DNA of 53,537 bases from Pyrinomonadaceae bacterium (lineage in GTDB: Bacteria > Acidobacteriota > Blastocatellia > Pyrinomonadales > Pyrinomonadaceae). Shown here piece after piece: positions 36,625-44,871 of this stretch. The stretch is taken from contig JBDTZD010000312.1 of NCBI GenBank assembly GCA_040005335.1, positions 1 through 53,537 of the forward strand. The letters are read 5' to 3'. Positions within the stretch are counted from its first letter, which is position 1, and every line of letters begins with the position of its first letter. The translations under genes were made by a program, and so were the position numbers. Below the pieces are notes generated by a model, which saw only the letters and a list, made by a program, of their open reading frames with translations, did no database searches and was not told where the DNA came from.

Positions 36625-38073
36625 ATGGCAAATCGTTACCAAAATGATTATAACGACCAAGATTATCCGCATTACTACGATAGGGACGATCGTTATGATA
36701 GCCAGTCAGAACGCAGCAAGGATTCTGACCGCTTTCGCACAGAACAACGTAATCGTTCCGGCTCGGGAAGGGAAAACACGCAGGGCGGCTCATATGATTA
36801 CAACCAGTCCAACGAGAATTTCGGCTCTTCGGCCGTAGATAGCAACCGCGATAAGGCCATTAGAAAACAAGGCTTTGGCGGAAATGATTATGGGCGCGGT
36901 TATGATTCCAGCAATCGTGCAAATGACGATTTTGCTTCGACAAATCGTTCGGGTAACTATGATAGAGATTCGAGACGCGAAAGGCGCGATGAACGCGGCG
37001 ATTATACGCTTTACGGCTATGACCGCGATCAACGTTATGCGGATCGTTCCGGCGATTACGGCAACCAAGGTGAACGCACCAGCGATTACAGCAACAACTA
37101 CAATTATTCCGGCGGCAGTTATGCTCGGAGCGACGATGACAAGCGTCCAAGTGATGGACGCGGCGGTAGCAGCCGTTATCGCGGTGAACAAGGTAGTAAT
37201 CGCGGTGATTACGGACGAGAGCAAAGTTCAGGACAAGGTTTTTATGGACAAGGCGGTGGCTACACGGGAAGCAGCGAAAAAGGTTATGAGTATAATCGCC
37301 GTGAAGGAAATCGTAGTGAGAATCGTTTCCGCCCCCGGAGCGAAGAAGAAGAACGCGGTTGGTGGGAGAGGACAACGGACGAGGTAGCTTCATGGTTTGG
37401 CGATGATGAAGCCGCTCGTCGCCGCGAAAACGATTCACAGGAATTCGGTCAGCATCAAAATCGCGGTCAATACGGACAGCAAACATCTTTGCATCGCGGA
37501 CGAGGACCGAAAAACTATCGTCGTACCGACGAGAGAATTAAGGAAGACATAAACGACCGTTTGACTGATTACGCTTATCTGGATGCTTCGGATATTGATG
37601 TCGAAGTTTCCAGCGGAGAAGTAACTCTGACGGGCACAGTTGAAAGCCGTTATGCTAAAAGGATGGCGGAAGACATTGCTGAAAATGTTTCGAGCGTCAC
37701 AAACGTAGAAAACAGGTTGCGAGTCAAAAATCAAAATCAATCGAATGAGTACAGTGTTCAAAACCAAGCTGGGTTCTCGTCAACGAGCGCGGCGGATTCA
37801 TCCGGGACATATGGCTCGCCTGAAGATCTGGCGGCAAACTATTCAAATCAGGGTTTATCTGAAGCGTCGCCAATTGGTAAATCGGCAACTGGTGATTTAA
37901 CCGGCTCTAGCAGTTCGGTAAGTGAGACGAACAACTCAAATACTGGAACAATGGCTGCATCGGCAACCGGCGGAACTTCGACCGATGAGACGGCTACATC
38001 TGACGATAAATTCGATTCATCTGCGACTTTTTCGGAGCGCGGAGTTGATAAACTTTCAGGTTCATCAAAGTAA
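36625..38073 (+). CDS. SWFGD-motif + BON-domain protein with ~290-aa low-complexity N-terminal region
   Basis: GAGGAG RBS. The N-terminal region is R/D/G/Y/S/N/E-rich with no hydrophobic segment. ASWFGDDEAARRRE motif. BON domain DERIKEDINDRLT...IDVEVSSGEVTLTGTVESRYAKRMAEDIAENVSSVTNVENRLRV. Confidence 0.8.
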   Translation: MANRYQNDYNDQDYPHYYDRDDRYDSQSERSKDSDRFRTEQRNRSGSGRENTQGGSYDYNQSNENFGSSAVDSNRDKAIRKQGFGGNDYGRGYDSSNRANDDFASTNRSGNYDRDSRRERRDERGDYTLYGYDRDQRYADRSGDYGNQGERTSDYSNNYNYSGGSYARSDDDKRPSDGRGGSSRYRGEQGSNRGDYGREQSSGQGFYGQGGGYTGSSEKGYEYNRREGNRSENRFRPRSEEEERGWWERTTDEVASWFGDDEAARRRENDSQEFGQHQNRGQYGQQTSLHRGRGPKNYRRTDERIKEDINDRLTDYAYLDASDIDVEVSSGEVTLTGTVESRYAKRMAEDIAENVSSVTNVENRLRVKNQNQSNEYSVQNQAGFSSTSAADSSGTYGSPEDLAANYSNQGLSEASPIGKSATGDLTGSSSSVSETNNSNTGTMAASATGGTSTDETATSDDKFDSSATFSERGVDKLSGSSK

Positions 38074-38089
38074 AATCTGTCGTAATCTA

Positions 38090-38127
38090 ATGCAGAAAAA
38101 GCGGGAACATTCCCGCTTTTTCTGCAT
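38090..38127. terminator. Bidirectional intrinsic terminator between convergent BON and RND genes
   Basis: Perfect palindrome atgcagaaaaagcgggaa-ca-ttcccgctttttctgcat. Confidence 0.85.
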
Positions 38128-38143
38128 TTAACTTAAATCCTAC

Positions 38144-41100
38144 TTAGCTCTTGCCAAAAATGCTGAAGAACGAACTCGCAGTGGAAGTAATTCTTCTCCG
38201 CAATCCGCCGATCATATTGCCGATATATCTGCCAACTCGTCCATAAATCGGGCTTTCCGCCATATCGTCGAAAAGCGAATAAAACACCGGTACTGCGAGC
38301 AATGTCAAAAGCAAACACAGGCTTTGACCACCAATAACTAGGACGCCGATTGAGCGATTAGTCCCTGAACCGGGACCATTGCCTAAGATGAGCGGCATCA
38401 TACCAGCCACAAGCGCGATTGTTGTCATCAAAATCGGACGCAGACGGTCGCGGTTTGCTTGGATAATTGCGTCATATCGCTCCATTCCTTGTTGACGCAG
38501 TCCGTTAGTATGATCAATCTGCAAAATAGCGTTTTTCTTGACTACACCGAATAGTAATAGCAAACCCAGACCCGAAAAGATATTAATGGTTTGTCCTGCT
38601 ATCAAAAGCGATAAAATACCGAATGGAATTGAAAGCGGTAAAGTCAGCAAAATCGTGATTGGATGAATAAATGATTCAAATTGCGCTGCCAACACGATGT
38701 ACATAAAAATAAATGACAAGGCAATTGCCAGCAGGAAATAAAACCCTGCTCGACCTAACTCTTTTGAACGCCCGGCTAATCCCGTTTTGTAAGCCGGATC
38801 AATTTTCATGTCGGTGACAAACTTATTCATTTGATCGAGAACACCCGACTGCGACCCGCCGGGACGAACGTTGGCAAGCAGGGAAACTTGCCGCACACGA
38901 TTTAGACGGTCAATTGCAGATGGTCCTGTGCCTTCTTTAATTGTTACTACTTGATCGAGCGAAACATAATTTGGATTTGGCGCCGCGCTGACGAAGGTTG
39001 TCTGAGCAGGAGAGGCGCCGGTTCCTCCTCCACTACCACTCGAAGCAGCTGAACCGCCGGTTTTGGAAGACGGGACAACCAATCGCTTTAGCTTTTCTTC
39101 GTTACTACGAAATTTATCAATGGCGCGAACTCGAACTTCGTATTGATCGTTGCCTTGATTAAAGGTTGAAACTTCCTGACCAGCAACGAGCGTATTGAGT
39201 GCCTGAGAAATATCGCCGACTCGAACGCCGAGATCGGCGGCACGGGCACGGTTAATTTCAAGGCGTAGTTCAGGTTTGCCGGAAATTAGAGTTGAATCCG
39301 CATCAACGACGTCGGGAATCGTCTTCATTTTCTCCAGCAAACTATCAGATATTCCCTGCAATTTGTCTAAATCCGGTCCCGAAACGACATACTGGATATC
39401 AGCATTACGATTTCCGCCGCCGGAAATGGCCGCCACCGGTTGAACGCTTGTCCGCAGATTATTTGGATAGTTTTTGAGCAGTTCTCGCGCCTGAATCATA
39501 ATCGCGTCCTGATTCCGAGCGCGGTCTTTAATATCTTTAAGCTTAACGTAAATCGAAGCACTGTTGACAAGCTGCTGCTGCCCGCCGCCAATTGTCGTCA
39601 GCGTATCAGTGACTCCGTCCATTTTTCGCAAGTCGGTGGCAATCCGTTCCATTAGCGTCGAGGTTGCAGGGAGCGTATAACCTTCGGGCGCTCGTACTGA
39701 AATCTCAAATTGCGATTGATCGTCGTTGGGCAAAAAGTTTTTACCGACGAACATAAAGAGCGGCACAATACTTATCACAACGAGCGCGCACAAAACCACA
39801 ACGACCCACCGATGCGCCATTGAACCCTTTAACAACCAAGTATAGGCACGGTCAATCTTGCTGTAAAACCAAGATTCTTTGCTATCATTCGATTTCGGCT
39901 TTCGAATTTCGCTCGTTGCCAACATTCCGTCGCCGCGCACCGCATCTCTGGATTCATCAGAAACAGTTTCGATGTTGTTTCCTTCTCCGACTTCCTTCTT
40001 TCGTTTAATAAGACGAGCTGCCAACATTGGCGTCAGCGTAAATGAAACGAGCAGCGAAACGGCAATAGCAAACGATGAAGTCAATCCAAACGAAGACATA
40101 AACCTGCCAACGATGCCGCCCATAAATCCGATTGGCAGAAATACTGCCATCAAACTTAATGTTGTCGCCAAAACAGCTAAACCGATTTCTTTGGTTCCTT
40201 CGATTGCAGCTTGAAACGGAGACATTCCCTTTTCTTCAACAAAACGATAAATATTTTCCAGAACCACAATCGCGTCGTCAATGACAATTCCGACCATCAA
40301 CGTCAATGCCAACATCGTAATTTGATTGAGCGTATAACCCATTGCCATCATCAGGGCAAAGGTCGCGACAATCGAAGTCGGGATGGCGACGGCAGCGATA
40401 ATCGTCGAACGAAAACTCCACAAAAAGACAAAGACGACAATTGCAGCTAAAATACCGCCTTCGATCAAGTGCGTTTCAATTGAATTGAGCGCAGCTTCGA
40501 TAAAAATTGATTGATCGCCGACAATCTGCATTCGAAAACCTTTCGGCAGCGTGGGTTCAATTTCTTTGAGCCTTTCTTTAATCGCGCGGGCAATGGCAAC
40601 CGTGTTCTGACCGGATTGCTTTGAGACAACCAAAGTTACTGCCGGTGCGCCGTTTAAACGCGCTTCGGTGCGGGCTTCTTCTGCACCGTCTTCGACATAT
40701 CCGATGTCTTTGACTTTGACCGAGTAACCGGCTCGGGTGGCGACCACAACATCATTAAACTGCGTTGGATCCTGGATTTTACCGAGCGTTCGGACTTGCA
40801 GTTCGCGCGCCCCTTCGTCAACGCGACCACCTGGGGCTTCCTGATTTTGCTGGCGCACGGCACTCGCAACTTCGGTTGCGCTGACGTTATACGCTCGCAT
40901 TTTATCAGGGTCGAGCCAAATGTTAATTTGGCGCTCGCGTCCCCCCACCATTGAGACTTGTCCAACCCCGCTGACCGATTCAATGCGCTCTTTAATTTGG
41001 TTGTCTGCGATGTCGGTAACTTCTCTAATGCTTGCCGATGCGGAGACTGCAATGCGAACAACCGGAGCAGCGTCAGTATCAAGTTTTTGTACTGTTGGCT

Positions 41101-41476
41101 GTTCGGCTGTGTCCGGCAAATCTGGAATTGCGGTTTGCACTTTCTGGAGAACTTCCTGCGATGCGGTGTCAACGTTTTTCTCCAACACAAATGTGATGAA
41201 AACCTGACTAACCCCCTCGACAGAAGTGGAACGTAATTCGTCAATTCCGCTAATAGTATTGACCGCCGATTCGATTTTATCGGTGATTTCGGTTTCAACT
41301 TCCTGCGGCGAAGAACCAGGGTTGACCACTGTCACGGTAATCGTCGGCAAATCAATTTTGGGAAAAAGATCAACGCCCAAACTAAAAAACGAAAACGCCC
41401 CCACTACCGTCAACGATAAAATCAACATCGTGGCGAAAACCGGACGTTTAACACATACTTCTGCTAACCACTGCAT
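38144..41476 (-). CDS. RND efflux transporter permease (AcrB/HAE family)
   Basis: 1110 aa, 12-TM RND layout. N-terminus WLAEVCVKRPVFATMLIL. Gly/Ser-rich insertion in the second periplasmic loop. Confidence 0.95.
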   Translation of the reverse strand: MQWLAEVCVKRPVFATMLILSLTVVGAFSFFSLGVDLFPKIDLPTITVTVVNPGSSPQEVETEITDKIESAVNTISGIDELRSTSVEGVSQVFITFVLEKNVDTASQEVLQKVQTAIPDLPDTAEQPTVQKLDTDAAPVVRIAVSASASIREVTDIADNQIKERIESVSGVGQVSMVGGRERQINIWLDPDKMRAYNVSATEVASAVRQQNQEAPGGRVDEGARELQVRTLGKIQDPTQFNDVVVATRAGYSVKVKDIGYVEDGAEEARTEARLNGAPAVTLVVSKQSGQNTVAIARAIKERLKEIEPTLPKGFRMQIVGDQSIFIEAALNSIETHLIEGGILAAIVVFVFLWSFRSTIIAAVAIPTSIVATFALMMAMGYTLNQITMLALTLMVGIVIDDAIVVLENIYRFVEEKGMSPFQAAIEGTKEIGLAVLATTLSLMAVFLPIGFMGGIVGRFMSSFGLTSSFAIAVSLLVSFTLTPMLAARLIKRKKEVGEGNNIETVSDESRDAVRGDGMLATSEIRKPKSNDSKESWFYSKIDRAYTWLLKGSMAHRWVVVVLCALVVISIVPLFMFVGKNFLPNDDQSQFEISVRAPEGYTLPATSTLMERIATDLRKMDGVTDTLTTIGGGQQQLVNSASIYVKLKDIKDRARNQDAIMIQARELLKNYPNNLRTSVQPVAAISGGGNRNADIQYVVSGPDLDKLQGISDSLLEKMKTIPDVVDADSTLISGKPELRLEINRARAADLGVRVGDISQALNTLVAGQEVSTFNQGNDQYEVRVRAIDKFRSNEEKLKRLVVPSSKTGGSAASSGSGGGTGASPAQTTFVSAAPNPNYVSLDQVVTIKEGTGPSAIDRLNRVRQVSLLANVRPGGSQSGVLDQMNKFVTDMKIDPAYKTGLAGRSKELGRAGFYFLLAIALSFIFMYIVLAAQFESFIHPITILLTLPLSIPFGILSLLIAGQTINIFSGLGLLLLFGVVKKNAILQIDHTNGLRQQGMERYDAIIQANRDRLRPILMTTIALVAGMMPLILGNGPGSGTNRSIGVLVIGGQSLCLLLTLLAVPVFYSLFDDMAESPIYGRVGRYIGNMIGGLRRRITSTASSFFSIFGKS

Positions 41477-41485
41477 AGCTCAAGG

Positions 41486-41554
41486 GTCCCAAGTCCCAAG
41501 TCCAATGTCCAAAGTTCCTGCTGCGAAACGACTTTGGACATTGGACTTGGGACT
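41486..41554. repeat. Intercistronic hairpin of tandem GTCCMAA heptamers
   Basis: Perfect 24-bp stem: agtcccaagtccaatgtccaaagt (41492-41515) pairs with actttggacattggacttgggact (41531-41554). 15-nt loop. Fills the 84-nt MFP-RND spacer. Confidence 0.85.
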
Positions 41555-41560
41555 TTAGAC

Positions 41561-42922
41561 TTATTGTCTGACTTCGATTCCGTCAACTAATGATTCAAGG
41601 TTGCTAACTGCTACTTGTTCATTAAGTTTAATGTTTCCGTTAACCTCAACCAAATCGTTTTCGGTTTCACCGATTTGTACCAGACGTTGCTCGGCACGTC
41701 CGTTGTTAATTACAAAAATGCGGCTTGTCGTTCCTTCCTGACGCACGGCGCGAACCGGAACCATCACAACAGTTCGGTTTTGAGGCAGCAGAATGCGCAC
41801 CGTAGCAAACTGTCCGGGTTTCAGTAAGCCGTCAATATTATTGACTTCCGCTTCAGCAGTTAAAGTCCGTGAAGTCGCGTTCAAACCAGGAATGATTCGA
41901 GCTATCGCGCCGCTAAATTGACGGTCGGGATAGGCGCTAGTGTTAAGCGAAATTGATTGATTGACGCGAACCCTGCCGATAGATTGCTCCGGCACGTCAA
42001 TTCTGACTCGCAGCGGATTAGTGCGAACAATAGTCGCAACTTTACCCGTGGTGCTGACAAATTCTCCTAAATCGGCGTTGCGCTCTAAAACCGAACCGCT
42101 AATCGGTGAATAAATCACTGCATCGTTAATCGCTTTGTTCGCTGAATCAACTTGTGTCCGCGCCGCATCAACGGCTCTTTGCGAAGTCAAAACGACTGCC
42201 TGAGCTGATTCAACTGCTGATTGCGCCGTTCGAATCGCCGCATTATTTTGGTTGGCAGCGTTTAAAGCCGCCTCGTATTGTGCTCGCGCTTGATCAAGCT
42301 GCGCGCGAACTTGATCATATTGCGAACGAGAAACATCGCCCGATTCGATCAAGCGCTCATTACGCCGCAATTGTATCTCTGCTAAATCAAGAGTCGCTTT
42401 AGCGGTTTTTACTTCAGCAATATTATTGATATTGAAGCCTTGACCCGGCGTTAAGCCGAGCCGAGCTTGCGTTTGAACGACGTTTGAGCGAGCCTGCTCG
42501 ACATTGGCGCGAGCTTGTTCAACCTGTGATTGCGCTTGAGCGACTTGCGCCCGCGCTTGTTCGAGGCGGATGCGGGCATCGCGGTCATCAAGCTGAACCA
42601 AGACGCCGCCCTTTTGGACGTAACTGCCAATATCAAAATTGACGGCGACGACTTTACCGCTGACGGTTGGCGCGACGTCAGTCTGAGCATCGCTGACAAG
42701 GCTTCCCGTTGCCTCAAAATATTCCGGCAACTCGCGTGAAACAGTTGGAGCGGTTGAAATGTTAACAATTTGCGGAGTAGGTGCCGCATTTACACCGTTT
42801 ACATTTCCGTTATTCGATGCAGCACGAGAACCCGCACAACCAGAAAACACTGCGGCGGAAAAGATAATCGCCAATAAAAATGCAAACTTGTTATATAAAA
42901 ATTTATCAATTAAAGACCGCAT
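41561..42922 (-). CDS. RND efflux periplasmic adaptor (HlyD/MFP family)
   Basis: Lipoprotein-like signal FSGCAG. Long coiled-coil hairpin (QARAQVAQAQSQVEQARANVEQ). Beta-barrel C-terminus. Confidence 0.9.
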   Translation of the reverse strand: MRSLIDKFLYNKFAFLLAIIFSAAVFSGCAGSRAASNNGNVNGVNAAPTPQIVNISTAPTVSRELPEYFEATGSLVSDAQTDVAPTVSGKVVAVNFDIGSYVQKGGVLVQLDDRDARIRLEQARAQVAQAQSQVEQARANVEQARSNVVQTQARLGLTPGQGFNINNIAEVKTAKATLDLAEIQLRRNERLIESGDVSRSQYDQVRAQLDQARAQYEAALNAANQNNAAIRTAQSAVESAQAVVLTSQRAVDAARTQVDSANKAINDAVIYSPISGSVLERNADLGEFVSTTGKVATIVRTNPLRVRIDVPEQSIGRVRVNQSISLNTSAYPDRQFSGAIARIIPGLNATSRTLTAEAEVNNIDGLLKPGQFATVRILLPQNRTVVMVPVRAVRQEGTTSRIFVINNGRAEQRLVQIGETENDLVEVNGNIKLNEQVAVSNLESLVDGIEVRQ

Positions 42923-42946
42923 ATTTCGCCTTATTTCAATCGTTTT

Positions 42947-43621
42947 CTAAACTTCTTCTTTTTCGCTTTTAATTTTCACTCCGCGAAGTAAAATCTCTGT
43001 AAACTGCCGCGCAGCTTCTTCATTTGAAACATTCAATAAACGCCGATCTTTATCCCAAAGCGAGTTATTGAGCGAATGATGAATCACCATTCCTAAAAAA
43101 GAACGCACCATTAAACGTGGCTGCAATTGTCGAAATATGCCTTCTTTCTGACGTTGCTCGATATAAGCGCCCAAAAACTCGTAAAAGTGCACTATATAAC
43201 GGTCGAAAAAAAGTTCCGCCAGCTCATGTCCTTCAAGCGCGGAAAAGAGCAACAACCGCATAAAATCTTTGTCTTCATGATGATGCGACAGCGCGTTGAT
43301 TGCTAAATTATAAAAAACTGCATAATCATCTCCGGCTGCAATAAATTCGCTTAAAAGTTCGCAGGGATTTGCCAATCCACCCTCGCAAGCCTTGAAATCA
43401 ATGATCGCGCTGTAAAGTTCTTGTTTTGTCGCAAAATGTCGAAAAACCATCGCTTCAGAAACTTGGGCAGCGGCAGCAATCTCACGCGTAGTCGTTCCGC
43501 GGAAACCATGCTGCGAAAAAAGCTGGACAGCTATTTGCAGTATTTGCGACCGACGTTCATCCGCAGCCATGCGGTTTCCGGTCGATGAGGTAATTTTTGT
43601 TGAAATTGAATCTTCGTTCAC
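42947..43621 (-). CDS. TetR/AcrR-family transcriptional regulator
   Basis: FSQHGFRGTTTREIAAAAQVSEAMVFRHFATKQELY HTH motif. An alternative start is the ATG at 43573. Confidence 0.85.
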   Translation of the reverse strand: MNEDSISTKITSSTGNRMAADERRSQILQIAVQLFSQHGFRGTTTREIAAAAQVSEAMVFRHFATKQELYSAIIDFKACEGGLANPCELLSEFIAAGDDYAVFYNLAINALSHHHEDKDFMRLLLFSALEGHELAELFFDRYIVHFYEFLGAYIEQRQKEGIFRQLQPRLMVRSFLGMVIHHSLNNSLWDKDRRLLNVSNEEAARQFTEILLRGVKIKSEKEEV

Positions 43622-43649
43622 TCTGAATTAAATAGTCACTAAAAGATGA

Positions 43650-43665
43650 AAGTAAGTACTTACTT
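43650..43665. promoter_or_regulatory. Perfect 16-bp palindrome, candidate TetR operator
   Basis: AAGTAAGTACTTACTT is its own reverse complement. It lies 29 nt upstream of the tetR-like ORF. Confidence 0.45.
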
Positions 43666-43813
43666 ACTTTGCCGGATTGAACGTTTTCTGTCAAGCAATA
43701 GTTGCGGATAACGTCTGAGGAACAATGCCCCTGAAAACTTCGTATCAACCTTTACGCACATGACAGCATCCGATACGCAAATTGATCTATTATTAGAAAA
43801 GGAGATTTTTGAG

Positions 43814-44152
43814 ATGGCAGAATTTGAAAACGTAAGTGAGAATAGCGCGTTAGTTGCAACAGCTAACCCGTCTAACGGCAAAGATGAGAATCGCGATTAT
43901 GTTGATGGTTTGAAGACCCAGGCGCAACAATATGGGCAACAAGCTCTTGACGGTTTGAATAAAGCCAAAGATTACGCTAGCGAATATTACGGGCAGGCAA
44001 CTGAAAAGTTGAAGGATTTACAAGGCAAAGATATGAGTCAAATCGCTGAGGAAGCCAAAGACTTTGCTCGTCGCAAACCCGTTCAGGCGATTGCGATTTC
44101 AGCCGCTGTTGGTTTGGTTCTCGGATTGATTTTACGCGGTGGACGACGTTAA
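43814..44152 (+). CDS. DUF883 / ElaB / YqjD-family tail-anchored stress protein
   Basis: AAGGAG RBS. Helical hydrophilic body. C-terminal RRKPVQAIAISAAVGLVLGLILRGGRR. Confidence 0.7.
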   Translation: MAEFENVSENSALVATANPSNGKDENRDYVDGLKTQAQQYGQQALDGLNKAKDYASEYYGQATEKLKDLQGKDMSQIAEEAKDFARRKPVQAIAISAAVGLVLGLILRGGRR

Positions 44153-44171
44153 ACTAAACAATTATCAAAAC

Positions 44172-44207
44172 AAAAAAGCGAGGCTTTAATCAAAGCCTCG
44201 CTTTTTT
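44172..44207. terminator. Bidirectional intrinsic terminator
   Basis: aaaaaagcgaggcttt-aatc-aaagcctcgctttttt. Confidence 0.85.
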
Positions 44208-44211
44208 GTTT

Positions 44212-44697
44212 TTAGTTGTAAACAAACAAAGGATTTTCCCACAAAGTTTGGGTTAATTGTGCAAAATAAGTGTTTATGTCTTTGGTCACGGGCGCAGAAG
44301 TTTCTAGCGGGTCGTCAACATACAAAGTACCAGAATCGCTGTCAATTCCGGTGATAACAACAACGTGACCGTCAAAAGTGTTACCCCAAGTTCCTGAGTA
44401 AATGATTGGTCCGTAAGTGTTGATAAATTGGTAAATTCCGGTCGCATTAGGTGATAAATCGAGCGGTTTGAAACCGCAATCCTGCGCCCATTGTCGCCAT
44501 TCTGCCCATGATGGATTGCTTCCGGCGGCAAATCTAGTTTGCATATACGGAAATGTGTCCGGTCCTTGTAAATCGGCGAGTGATTGCTGACTTTTGTTTT
44601 CGTAGTATCGCACGACCATTTGTAAACAGGTAAACCAGCAGGCTCTAGGGTTTAATTGTTGCTGGTGTCTAACTCCGTTAATTCTAACAATTGGCAT
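44212..44697 (-). CDS. Papain-like cysteine peptidase (C70/AvrRpt2-like or C39-like fold), standalone
   Basis: QQQLNPRACWFTCLQMV (Gln plus Cys nucleophile context) and FDGHVVVITGID (His). AAGGAG lies 8 nt upstream of the ATG at 44697. No signal peptide. Confidence 0.55.
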   Translation of the reverse strand: MPIVRINGVRHQQQLNPRACWFTCLQMVVRYYENKSQQSLADLQGPDTFPYMQTRFAAGSNPSWAEWRQWAQDCGFKPLDLSPNATGIYQFINTYGPIIYSGTWGNTFDGHVVVITGIDSDSGTLYVDDPLETSAPVTKDINTYFAQLTQTLWENPLFVYN

Positions 44698-44871
44698 TCT
44701 GCTATTTCTCCTTTTCGCTATCGTGCCGGGATGACGAGACATAACTGCGGGTTTTGCTAGAGGTCGTGAGGAGAATATTTGACAGCAGCGATAAACCTTT
44801 CTAGCTTTCTTGATTAAGTAGTTTTTCAGTTCTTGTGGCAGAATTTTAGATAGTGTCCGAGTATTTAAGCA

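Noticed and set aside
36644-37767. Cluster of long alternative-frame and antisense ORFs (36644-36838, 36790-37224, 36860-37486, 36875-37387, 37435-37767) overlapping the BON-protein gene
   Set aside because: They arise because the low-complexity, codon-repetitive R/D/G/Y region lacks stops in other frames. They have no RBS, and their products are implausible homopolymer-like sequences.
40654-41298. 214-aa same-strand alternative-frame ORF and several plus-strand ORFs inside the RND pump gene
   Set aside because: They are fully nested in a 1110-aa gene with unmistakable RND homology. Their composition is basic and low-complexity, typical of off-frame translation.
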